Part shown: one piece after another, positions 46,624-55,589 of the stretch
Layout: the number at the start of each line of letters is the position of its first letter
Numbering within the stretch: the stretch's first letter is position 1
Assembly (NCBI GenBank): GCA_964571525.1
Contig: CAZNBY010000001.1
Span: 90,329-154,328, forward strand
From: an uncultured Planctomycetota bacterium
GTDB taxonomy: Bacteria > Planctomycetota > B143-G9
Length of the DNA stretch: 64,000 nt
Reading direction: 5' to 3'
Notes under the pieces: model-generated
The model's input: the letters and a program-made list of their open reading frames with translations, nothing else
The model's database searches: none
Told to the model about the DNA's origin: nothing
Position numbers and translations under genes: made by a program

Positions 46624-48072
46624 CTATTTCTTCGGCTTGTCCGCCTTGCCATCTTCGTCGCTAATCATATCGAATATTGTAAAGTTGCCCATATCCGGTT
46701 CGTCTTTCCGTTCTGGTTTTGTCTGGGCAACAGGATTGCGGAGTTTGCGGTTTGTTCCGTTTGTCTTAGGGTCGGCATCTGGCATCTTGTCGGCTCCCCC
46801 TCTGAAAAACCCTGTCGTGCCTGCCGCTGCACTGCTCTCATCACCATTGCGGTGTACATAGTCGAAGTCAACAAATTCCTCAAGCTTCTCACGCTTTTTC
46901 AAAGGTTCGCCGGTTGCTGCGGTGGGCATGAACTCAAACACATCCGGTTCTATGTCCTCCACAAAAGTGTCCTCCTCCTTTGCGTGCTGCTGGGGTTTTG
47001 GTTGAGGGTTACTTTCGGGCGCTTGTCTTTCCTCAACTATTGTGGAGGCGGCAACAGCTTGTTTGCGCTCAGGGCCAAGCACAAGAAGGTATGAATAACT
47101 GCCTCCTGCACAGAATAAGGCGATCGCAAGCGTAACGGGAAACGCAAACGACAGCATAAGCGCCGCAATGAACAAATAACCTGCCGATGGTATGCGTTTT
47201 ATTCCGTATCTATCTATCGGCGATGTGTTTGTGTTGGCGTTCAGCCTCGTGGCAAGGTTGTTCGCAAACGAAGAGGGGAGAATGCTGTCATCAGATATCA
47301 CAGCCACACAATCGGCAAGAAGGTTGTCTTTGCCGATAACCTCCAACTCGAGCCTTGTTCCCATCACAAGCGACGACGAATCCAAGGCGCGCTTCACGGC
47401 AATCTTCCATACCGGAAAAAAGATAAACCAGAACACCAAAATCGTTAGAACTAACCATAGAGCAGCTTGGCTGAATGCCTTAAAAGCCCTTTCGCTTATC
47501 ATCGTGTAAAACTGCATTGCCAGTTTGCGTGGCGATCCACCCATGCGCTCGGTGTGTGGCACCCAAAGAAAGAAGTAGAAAAGCACAGCTAAAACTACCA
47601 GAATGTTGAACACAAAGGTGAAAAACAGCACGATGTACAACGCAGGAAATACCCAGATAGGCAGTTTTGAGAGCGTAAATAGATAGACTATTCCGGTTTG
47701 AAGCATGTAGATTACAAAGAACCCGCCGATGAAGATAAACGGGGCAGCAAGGTATGTGAAAGGCGCTGATAAGACAGCAGAAAAGAAGGTCTTTTCGCTG
47801 TTAGGCGTTATAAGCGCGTTGTTAACATCAAAGGCAATCGAGGTAACTCCCCATGTCAATAACAGGAAAAGAAACGACTGACCGAAAAGGCCGATGGGGA
47901 ATTCACCAGTGGGAGAGCCCGACTTGAGCGAGCGAAGCAGAAGCAAAACGGCAATTTCGAGTATTATCACCGAGACAGCAAACGCAGTAAAAAGGGCGGA
48001 GGGCTTAAACAGCACCTTCGACGCCTCGAGCGTCTTGAAGAAGTCTATCTCTGTCCGCGGTCGTAATGTCAA
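46624..48072 (-). CDS. Polytopic membrane protein with charged disordered C-terminal tail (hypothetical)
   Basis: Multiple hydrophobic segments; C-terminal Glu/Lys/Pro-rich region; no recognised family. Confidence 0.45.
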   Translation of the reverse strand: MTLRPRTEIDFFKTLEASKVLFKPSALFTAFAVSVIILEIAVLLLLRSLKSGSPTGEFPIGLFGQSFLFLLLTWGVTSIAFDVNNALITPNSEKTFFSAVLSAPFTYLAAPFIFIGGFFVIYMLQTGIVYLFTLSKLPIWVFPALYIVLFFTFVFNILVVLAVLFYFFLWVPHTERMGGSPRKLAMQFYTMISERAFKAFSQAALWLVLTILVFWFIFFPVWKIAVKRALDSSSLVMGTRLELEVIGKDNLLADCVAVISDDSILPSSFANNLATRLNANTNTSPIDRYGIKRIPSAGYLFIAALMLSFAFPVTLAIALFCAGGSYSYLLVLGPERKQAVAASTIVEERQAPESNPQPKPQQHAKEEDTFVEDIEPDVFEFMPTAATGEPLKKREKLEEFVDFDYVHRNGDESSAAAGTTGFFRGGADKMPDADPKTNGTNRKLRNPVAQTKPERKDEPDMGNFTIFDMISDEDGKADKPKK

Positions 48073-48085
48073 AATGCCTGTCTTT

Positions 48086-48844
48086 CTAACTCAAGTCCTT
48101 CTTTTGTGCGAGTTTGTTGTAGATAATCAAATCGTCAACACCGTTATACAGGCCCGAGGAGAGCACCAGCAAAACCTCGTCACCAAACGAGTGAAGGCGC
48201 AGATTTCCCTTTGCCATGCTTAGTTCTAATGTGCCGTTACCACCGATACTGAACGAGTCGCCGAAATACTTCGCAACTTTGTGAAGATAATAGAACGAAT
48301 TAGAGATCATCTCTGCATCGAATTCCGTTGGGCATTGGGCTGCAAGAAGCATTGCATCGCGGGAGAAGATGAATGCGGCGATAATCTTTCTTTGGCGGAA
48401 CACATCCTCAAGCGCTGGCACATACTCCGAGTCAGCAAATCTTCGCGACGATGGAGCAGGGGCGGGGGCCACTTTCTGTGCGCGTATTTTAGAGCCGTGT
48501 TCTACCACTTCCTCAACCGTCTCTGATGTTGTCGTCTCCTCGTTCGTCTCGCGCACTTCCTCAAGCATTTCGGTGCGCTTGTCGGGCTGAGACCCTCTAA
48601 CAGGGCGCGGCATGCCGGTGTTATCAACATCCATTATCGAGCCGCACTTAGAGCAACGGAATCGAATACCGGGCTTCATGCTTCGCGCATCGAACATCGC
48701 TCCACATGCAACACATGCGATAGAGCGACCGCCCGGCACCGTCAGATACATAGAACAACCGCGGCACTTAATTCTTGTGCCCGGCTTCAGCTTTTCAACG
48801 CTGTAATCCCTGTTGCATTCTGTACAGGTTATGATCTTTGCCAT
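48086..48844 (-). CDS. Tandem MJ0042-type zinc-ribbon protein with C-terminal roadblock/LC7 (MglB-like) domain (tentative)
   Basis: Two ribbons (MAKIITCTECNRDYSVEKLKPGTRIKCRGCSMYLTV; IACVACGAMFDARSMKPGIRFRCSKCGSIMDV); C-terminal alpha/beta segment assigned to roadblock fold from pattern only. Confidence 0.4.
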   Translation of the reverse strand: MAKIITCTECNRDYSVEKLKPGTRIKCRGCSMYLTVPGGRSIACVACGAMFDARSMKPGIRFRCSKCGSIMDVDNTGMPRPVRGSQPDKRTEMLEEVRETNEETTTSETVEEVVEHGSKIRAQKVAPAPAPSSRRFADSEYVPALEDVFRQRKIIAAFIFSRDAMLLAAQCPTEFDAEMISNSFYYLHKVAKYFGDSFSIGGNGTLELSMAKGNLRLHSFGDEVLLVLSSGLYNGVDDLIIYNKLAQKKDLS

Positions 48845-49005
48845 TTCGTCTTTTGTCCGTTATTTACGCACGAGGGGAATCGCGCGCGGGGGAAGGCTGG
48901 GTGTAAAAAAGTCAACCGTATAAGCAAGTGATTCGAACGAATCAAGTCTGCACAATATATATGATTGCGCTTATTCTGTCAAGTTTCACGCTTTGCGTGC
49001 ATTCT

Positions 49006-51231
49006 TTACGAAAGAAACGAGTCGAGCACACCTATCAGCGCGCCGCTTACTCCCTGCTTTGTAAAGTCGAAGTCGGTGCGCTTCTTTGTCTCGTCAATTC
49101 CATACTTACCAAGCGCAGTGCCGACTTTCCAGCTAAGCGTCCCTTCCCGATACAGCACTGCAACACGATGGCGGCGAAACTTGACAAGTGCAAGAGATAA
49201 AGCATCAATTTCAAGGTCCTCAAGCGACGGATCAGGCAATCCAATTATCACGGCACCCATCGCGCGGTCGAGTATGTTTTCTGCCTCAAAAGAGTCCATT
49301 TCGTCGTAGGTCATGCCAATCACATAAAGCGTGTTCTCAATATCGCCAGCGAGTCGCGTTAACAGGCAGTTGTCGTTGTTTGTTAAAGACACCGTTGCGC
49401 CAGTAAGATTTGAAAAATAGTCTGAAAGGTCATGCACATTGCCCAATACGATTATACACAGAACATTTGCGCGCGAGTAGAACGCCTCAGAAAGAATCCT
49501 GCCTGCCTTAGAAAGCGCCATCTCTCGCGCAACAGGCGAGTTTTGAAGTCGGCTTGCGAACTCCTCCCTGGCTTCTGGCGTTAAAATCATCCCGCTTATC
49601 TTTGCAAGTTCGACCTGCATCATCTCAACCACATCGGGCGGGAATCGTTGTATCAAGCGCGGTGCTTTGGGCTCCTCTGCTTTCTCGACAACAGCAGATT
49701 CGGGCTTCTTTTCCTCTACCTTATCATCCTCTTCAACCTCTTCTTGGATGACAAACTTCGGTACATCATTCACAGGATCATCGTCAAACAGCTCTTCTTC
49801 GTCAATCTCTGGCTCATTTGCTTTCTGTTCGATTTCGATTTCAGGTTCCGGCTGTGACTTTGGCTGTTCGTTGTATTGAAACTGCCTTACATCAACTTCA
49901 TGTCCTTGTGCAAGCGTTTCAGATACAGGTTCTTCAATTTTGCTGACGGGAATCGTTACCGTCTCGTCGGCATCAGCATACGAAGGAGTTTCGATTTCTT
50001 GCTTGCCTTGCGGTTCTTGCGCAGGTTGAGCAACTTCTGGCACAACTGACGGAGTTTGAGAAGGCTCTGGCTGCCATGCGGGAGCCTGCGGTTCAACGGC
50101 AGATTGAGATTGCGTTTCTGTTGATGGTGTCTGTGCTGCATCAGGCGCGGTTGCCGGTGGTTGAGAAGCCGAGGCAGCAGGTTTGTTGGCCGCCTGCCGG
50201 GCCGAGCGACGGTTCTGAGCAGGTGTCGGCATACCTTCAATGACCGACTTCACTCGTTCAAGCTCGTTGCCGATCCACTTTATGCTGTCTTCGACCTTGC
50301 GGACTATAAGCGATGCCTCTTCAATGTTCTCGTCTTCAAGCATCTTTTCGCCGTTTGCGATCATTGTCTCGCACTTGCCTACCGCATAGGGTATATACTT
50401 CTGCGCACCCTTTTCGATAAGCGCAGAAAACGCGGATTTGTGTCCGTCAAGCTCGCTCTTTATGGTCTGTTTGCGCGACACAGTGTAGGTGTCGAGCTTG
50501 CGCGAGAATTCGAGCAGCATGAACATCTGCGAACGCTGAATGTTCTCAGCACGAAGTTGCTCACCCTCTATGAATTCGAACCTCGCGCCAGTCGCTTTTA
50601 CAAGGTTGTATATTGACTGAACTCCCTCGTCCATCTCGTCGCGTGCGAAGGACATCACGCCTTTGCGAAACCATATCTGTGTTACAGAGGGGCCGGATAT
50701 AATGCGCAGAAGTCCAGTTCGGTTTGTCGTATTGAGAAGCTGCACAATGTCAGAGAACTGGCGTGGGTTAAACCGCCCGATAAGGCTCGCCTCAGAAAGC
50801 ACATCCATTCGGGTCGAACGGTTCAATACTATCTGTACCTTCAGCCTTAAAAGCTCATTATTGACAGGCAGTTCGAGGTAGTCATCGGCACCAGCGTTGA
50901 CAGCCTTTTCGAGTGCCGCTGCGCCCTCATCATACCCAACTAACAGCACGGGCAGGTTGCGCAGAAAGTGAGATCTTCTCACTTCGCTTGCAAGTTTGTA
51001 GCCATCGAGTTTTGGCATTGCAGTAGCAGCGATGAGAAATTCGAAACGCTCTGAGAAAAGACAATCGAGCGCGGTTTGACCATTGAGCGCTGTGCGCACA
51101 AGAAAGCCGTACGCTGATAGCGAGTGCGATGCAGACCCTAACCAAGCCGCATCGTCTGTCGCTAATAGAAGACGAGAGGATGAGTTACCGTTGACTATCA
51201 TGTTGTGCATATTATAGCGATAACCTTGCAA
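49006..51231 (-). CDS. Atypical receiver-domain protein with DUF4388-like domain, long Pro/Gln/Glu-rich disordered linker and C-terminal alpha/beta domain
   Basis: Receiver-like N-terminus has acidic pocket (LLLATDD) but phosphoacceptor position reads FLIAATAMP; DUF4388-like block TGLLRIISGPSVTQIWFRKG; about 250-aa low-complexity linker. Confidence 0.5.
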   Translation of the reverse strand: MQGYRYNMHNMIVNGNSSSRLLLATDDAAWLGSASHSLSAYGFLVRTALNGQTALDCLFSERFEFLIAATAMPKLDGYKLASEVRRSHFLRNLPVLLVGYDEGAAALEKAVNAGADDYLELPVNNELLRLKVQIVLNRSTRMDVLSEASLIGRFNPRQFSDIVQLLNTTNRTGLLRIISGPSVTQIWFRKGVMSFARDEMDEGVQSIYNLVKATGARFEFIEGEQLRAENIQRSQMFMLLEFSRKLDTYTVSRKQTIKSELDGHKSAFSALIEKGAQKYIPYAVGKCETMIANGEKMLEDENIEEASLIVRKVEDSIKWIGNELERVKSVIEGMPTPAQNRRSARQAANKPAASASQPPATAPDAAQTPSTETQSQSAVEPQAPAWQPEPSQTPSVVPEVAQPAQEPQGKQEIETPSYADADETVTIPVSKIEEPVSETLAQGHEVDVRQFQYNEQPKSQPEPEIEIEQKANEPEIDEEELFDDDPVNDVPKFVIQEEVEEDDKVEEKKPESAVVEKAEEPKAPRLIQRFPPDVVEMMQVELAKISGMILTPEAREEFASRLQNSPVAREMALSKAGRILSEAFYSRANVLCIIVLGNVHDLSDYFSNLTGATVSLTNNDNCLLTRLAGDIENTLYVIGMTYDEMDSFEAENILDRAMGAVIIGLPDPSLEDLEIDALSLALVKFRRHRVAVLYREGTLSWKVGTALGKYGIDETKKRTDFDFTKQGVSGALIGVLDSFLS

Positions 51232-51333
51232 TTTGCAAACACCTTGACAACATGCGCTTGCAACAGCGCATGCGCCGAAAATTAGACAAAATCTGTGTAT
51301 CGAATTGTGTCAACAGGCGTATAATACTAATGT

Positions 51334-52929
51334 ATGGGGCCTAAATCGCCTATTACTATCGCGTTGGTAACGCTTTTGTGCGTTATCGCGGTGCAGTGTT
51401 CGTTTTACCGCTTCGCAAGCGCTTTCGAGTTCGATTGGCGTGTCTTTGTGCGGGGCAATGAACGGGCGTTGCTGCCTTCCGCGCCCTCCTCATTCGACAT
51501 TCCCTCACAAGGTCTTAGTCTGACACCACAGTGTTATTGCCGAATTCTTTCGTTTAACGGAACAGCAAACGACATTGTGCGCGACTCGGTTCTGACTATT
51601 GCCACAAAAGACAAAACCGCCCCCACATCGGATCAGTGGCTTGCATACGCACTGATGCAGAATGACTTTCGCCGCCCCCCGATTGCCGGTCTTGACAGAA
51701 GCGGAGCAAATGGCCTCGCACTGCTCTTCGCTCTCAACTCAGCACCTGATCGCGATATGCTGCTTGATTCGCTCGATATGGCAAGGCTCGTAAAGTGCGA
51801 CCTTATCCCTGCCTATCTATATTCATTGGGCGCGTACGGAGACCGCATCAAAGAGGCAAAGTTCAACGCTCTCGCCTCTGCGGTATCGCGTGATGACAGG
51901 GTATTTCTATACGCAATTGCGGCAAAGTACCCCGACCTTTTTGGCGAGTTTCTGCGCAAGGCGGTGAAGGAATCCCCACCGTCCGAGTCTGCCATCGCCC
52001 TTCTCGCAATCTCAAAGGCTGCCCTTCCCATTGGGCAGGAAGAGCTTGCCGAGATAATCCGCAAGATACTTCTCACAAACGACTACTGGGCAATCATGCA
52101 CGCTGCGCTGGCGATGACAGCAATATATGATCCCTTCAGCACGCGCTTGTTCGAGAACTTTGTAACCAGCGACGACCTTGCCCTCGCCTCTTGTTGCGCC
52201 TTGGCAATTGGCGCAAACCTGCCTGCAGTTGATGTCGCCCGCTGGTATGGCAATGAGGGGCTTCAAGGTGTGGTGCGCGGTCATCTTGTGCTCGGTTGCG
52301 CAAAAAGGGAGGGCGCTGAGTTCGATGCTCTAATTGACGCCGCACTATCATCCTCAGAGGCAGTTTTGCGTGAACTTGGGGCAATCTCAGTGGGTCTGCG
52401 TGGCGAAAGGCTTTTTAGATTGAACGCCCTGTTTCAGGATGCGTCTTATGAAGTGAGGGCGTGCAGCGCAATTGGCGCGGGATTCCGACGCGAACGCTCG
52501 ACCTTTGGAGTATTGAAGAGCTTTGTGCAGGATAAGCATCATGAAGAGCTTACCGCCATCGCCTCGTTGTTGCTCGGTGCTCGTCCGTCCGATGCAGCCG
52601 CGCGATTGCTAACAGGTGTTGATGAGTACTTGTACGAACGCGAGCGCGGCTCTGCTTTCGTCGCGCTTGGCGCAGTTTCAAAGCAGTTATTCAATGAGGC
52701 TGCACCACGCCATCTTAAATCGGCGAAAACACCATATCTACGGCGTATGATTGCAATCGGCGGGCTTCTTACCGGCGATTCGCGCTGGCTTGTTGAACTT
52801 GACAAAGCTCTGTCTGAATATGCTGAATACCGCCCATTCGGGCATCCGGTCGCGCTTCGTTTCGAGGCGCTTTCTTCGCTTGTAAACGACCCGTTCGACT
52901 ATCTGCTTGAATATTGTTGGGAAAGATAG
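51334..52929 (+). CDS. Secreted helical-repeat hypothetical protein
   Basis: Signal-peptide-like N-terminus MGPKSPITIALVTLLCVIAVQC; alpha-helical repeat composition. Confidence 0.4.
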   Translation: MGPKSPITIALVTLLCVIAVQCSFYRFASAFEFDWRVFVRGNERALLPSAPSSFDIPSQGLSLTPQCYCRILSFNGTANDIVRDSVLTIATKDKTAPTSDQWLAYALMQNDFRRPPIAGLDRSGANGLALLFALNSAPDRDMLLDSLDMARLVKCDLIPAYLYSLGAYGDRIKEAKFNALASAVSRDDRVFLYAIAAKYPDLFGEFLRKAVKESPPSESAIALLAISKAALPIGQEELAEIIRKILLTNDYWAIMHAALAMTAIYDPFSTRLFENFVTSDDLALASCCALAIGANLPAVDVARWYGNEGLQGVVRGHLVLGCAKREGAEFDALIDAALSSSEAVLRELGAISVGLRGERLFRLNALFQDASYEVRACSAIGAGFRRERSTFGVLKSFVQDKHHEELTAIASLLLGARPSDAAARLLTGVDEYLYERERGSAFVALGAVSKQLFNEAAPRHLKSAKTPYLRRMIAIGGLLTGDSRWLVELDKALSEYAEYRPFGHPVALRFEALSSLVNDPFDYLLEYCWER

Positions 52930-52982
52930 ACCCTTTCTGGCGTCTAATAGACATCTCGGGGTATTTTGTGATGGAGATTCGT

Positions 52983-55520
52983 ATGAAAAAGCTATTGTTC
53001 GCTATTGCCGTTGCGGTTTGCCTTGCCATCTCGTTTTCGACCAACGAGGTCGGTGGCGAGATGCCCAATGTAAGCCAGCTTCTTTCAGACCGCGCAGCCA
53101 ATTTCAGCCCCACGCCGACGCCCCCGCTCGACTTAAACGAGCGCAGTTGGGAACGCTGGTGGCGTGGTAACCGCGCACCGTTGCTCGTTGACCTTACACC
53201 CGCATTCAAGGCACCGGTGATTGTTGACGGCCAGCCCACGCGCACACCCACAAGCTACGAAGTCTTCCCGTCAAAAAAGCCTAAGTCAATTGTCTCAGAA
53301 GACAAGGTCAATACGCTGCAGATTCTTGTGTTGCTCGGTTACGGCGGCGACTTCAAAGAGATAACACGCGAGATGGCTTTGACAGAGCTTGAAGCCCGCG
53401 GAGATAAGGCTCTTGACGAGCTTATTGAAATTGCGTCGGGCAGACAAGTGCTTGCGCCCATCGCCGGTATGTCGAGCCGCCAGCTTCGCAACTACGCCGT
53501 GCTCGCCTTAGGCGAAATCAAGTCCCCTAAAAGCTTCGATGCGCTCGTCGAGGCATTCAATAAGGGAGAGCAAGAGACTCAGTTCTTCGCCGCTATTGGT
53601 TTGGGAAGGCTTGGAGACAAACGCGCGGTCAAGGTGCTTACAGAAAATGCCGGTGCGCGCAACCAGTTCCACAGCCCCGCCGTCTGCCTCGCGCTCGGTA
53701 TGCTTGGTGCGTTCGAGGGTTTCGACTTTATGAAGCAGACCTTTCAGCACGGAGGCGCAAACGAGGAGCGTCTGTTCGCGGCGCTATCTCTTGGCATGCT
53801 CGGTGCAAAAGACCCGCGCAAGACACTTATCGAAATTGTTAAAAATGGCAGCGACCCACTTGAAAAGGCCCTTGCCGGTTTTATTTATCTGTCTTTCTGC
53901 GAACCAAAGTCAAACGAACCCGCCGCTGTCGCCTCGCTGCTTGAGATTAACGACGACTTCACCCGCGTGATTACGCTAATGGGCATGGGTATATTGATGT
54001 ACCGCGATAATCTCGATAGAGTTTTCGATATAGCGAAGAATATGGAGACCACGCCCGAAGTCGCAAAAGCTGCGATGCTGATGCTCGCGATGAGCAACTC
54101 AAAGGACGGCAACACGCTTCTTGTTAAACTGCGCGATTCACTGCAAGACGAGCTTAAGGCCGCCGCCGAGTTTGCGCTCGACCTGATGGAGAATAAAAAG
54201 CGCGCTAACATACTTGAAAACTGGTCGCTCGTAAAGGACAAACAGATCCGCCTGCTCATGCCATTTGTCTTGGTGCGATATTTGGGCGAGCCCGCTGTTG
54301 TGAACATGGACCGCGCGGTCAAGTTGGTACACGATTACAACCCGGGCTATCTCGCTCTTGCCTATGGATGGGCGTTTGAGGTCGGCAAACCCGCACCGAT
54401 TTCCAAGGTGCTTACAGCAGAGAAAGTCGAGCATCGAGCCTGCGCAATTGCCGCACTCGCCGTTTCACGCACAAATGTCACCGTTGACATGCTTACTAAA
54501 TTAGGCGTTCCCGACGGCCCCGAGCAGATGGCACTCAACCTATCGCTAAAGGCAATCGCGCCCAATATCATTCTCAAGTTCTTCCGCGACAACCCCCAGC
54601 GCGGCAATCCCCGTGTATGTGTTGGCATAGCCACAGCACTTGGCGGGCTGCAATGCGAGGGCGTGGAAGACGAGCTTGACCAATACATATCCTTCTATCA
54701 CCCTGATGTGCGATGCTACGCCTACCTTGCGATGGGAAGGCTTGGCACAAAGGCCGCTGCAGATCGCCTTATCGGCAGATATGGTGCTGAAAAGCATCCG
54801 TTCGCACTCGGCAACCTTATCCTCGCTGCGGGTTTTCTGTTAAGGCAACTGCCGCAGGATAAGGATATGTTAGAGATCGTTCGGGGCGGAATGTACAACA
54901 CAGCGCATGGCGAGGCACGCGCTTACGCTTCGTTGGCATGGGGCGTGTCGCACGATATCAATCGCTTCGATATGATTGGCAGCATATTCGGCACCGACCG
55001 CGACCCGCGCGTAATGTCGGCAGCGGCTCTCGCCTTTGGCCTGTCTGAGCACGAAAGCTCTGTCTTCTCACTGCGCCGTGCGCTTGAGGTTAAATCATAC
55101 AAACAGGTGCGTGAGTTCGGTTGTTTCGGCCTCGGTGTGCTTAAGAACCGCGACACGCTCAATTCGCTGCTCGATATGGTGAAGGATAAGGATAATGATG
55201 TGCGCATAGCCGCCACGGTCTCAATTGGCGCAATGCGCGACAACGCCTGCAAGGGCGTGGTAAAACCGCTTGCCGAAAGCGATGGCAGCATGAGCGTGCG
55301 CCGCCTTGCCTCGGTCGGCCTTATGCTGCTTGAGGACGGATACGGTTTCGAATGCTTTATAAATTCATTCAAGGGACGCGGCGACGAGGCCATACGCGAG
55401 ATGGGCTGGGTAGAGCTTACCGAGGTTTCGAACCTTTATATGCCGGTAGGTTTTAAGATTGATGACTACCTGCAAGACCTTGCCATTCCCGAGGAAGCCG
55501 AAGAAGGCACAAAGAAATAG
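52983..55520 (+). CDS. Secreted HEAT (PBS-lyase-type) repeat protein
   Basis: Start ATG 52983 (GGAGA RBS, signal peptide MKKLLFAIAVAVCLAISFS); many repeats of A-x-x-ALG-x-IG/LG pattern. Confidence 0.6.
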   Translation: MKKLLFAIAVAVCLAISFSTNEVGGEMPNVSQLLSDRAANFSPTPTPPLDLNERSWERWWRGNRAPLLVDLTPAFKAPVIVDGQPTRTPTSYEVFPSKKPKSIVSEDKVNTLQILVLLGYGGDFKEITREMALTELEARGDKALDELIEIASGRQVLAPIAGMSSRQLRNYAVLALGEIKSPKSFDALVEAFNKGEQETQFFAAIGLGRLGDKRAVKVLTENAGARNQFHSPAVCLALGMLGAFEGFDFMKQTFQHGGANEERLFAALSLGMLGAKDPRKTLIEIVKNGSDPLEKALAGFIYLSFCEPKSNEPAAVASLLEINDDFTRVITLMGMGILMYRDNLDRVFDIAKNMETTPEVAKAAMLMLAMSNSKDGNTLLVKLRDSLQDELKAAAEFALDLMENKKRANILENWSLVKDKQIRLLMPFVLVRYLGEPAVVNMDRAVKLVHDYNPGYLALAYGWAFEVGKPAPISKVLTAEKVEHRACAIAALAVSRTNVTVDMLTKLGVPDGPEQMALNLSLKAIAPNIILKFFRDNPQRGNPRVCVGIATALGGLQCEGVEDELDQYISFYHPDVRCYAYLAMGRLGTKAAADRLIGRYGAEKHPFALGNLILAAGFLLRQLPQDKDMLEIVRGGMYNTAHGEARAYASLAWGVSHDINRFDMIGSIFGTDRDPRVMSAAALAFGLSEHESSVFSLRRALEVKSYKQVREFGCFGLGVLKNRDTLNSLLDMVKDKDNDVRIAATVSIGAMRDNACKGVVKPLAESDGSMSVRRLASVGLMLLEDGYGFECFINSFKGRGDEAIREMGWVELTEVSNLYMPVGFKIDDYLQDLAIPEEAEEGTKK

Positions 55521-55536
55521 CACTTTGCATAATTGT

Positions 55537-55566
55537 AAAAAACCCCGCTTTCGGCGGGGTTTTTTG
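55537..55566. terminator. Bidirectional rho-independent terminator between convergent genes
   Basis: AAAAAA-CCCCGC-TTTCG-GCGGGG-TTTTTT. Confidence 0.8.
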
Positions 55567-55589
55567 TCGCTATATCGAGTTTTAACGGA

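Noticed and set aside
46618-47094. Plus-strand 158-aa ORF
   Set aside because: Lies antisense within the polytopic membrane protein gene 46624-48072; no independent support.
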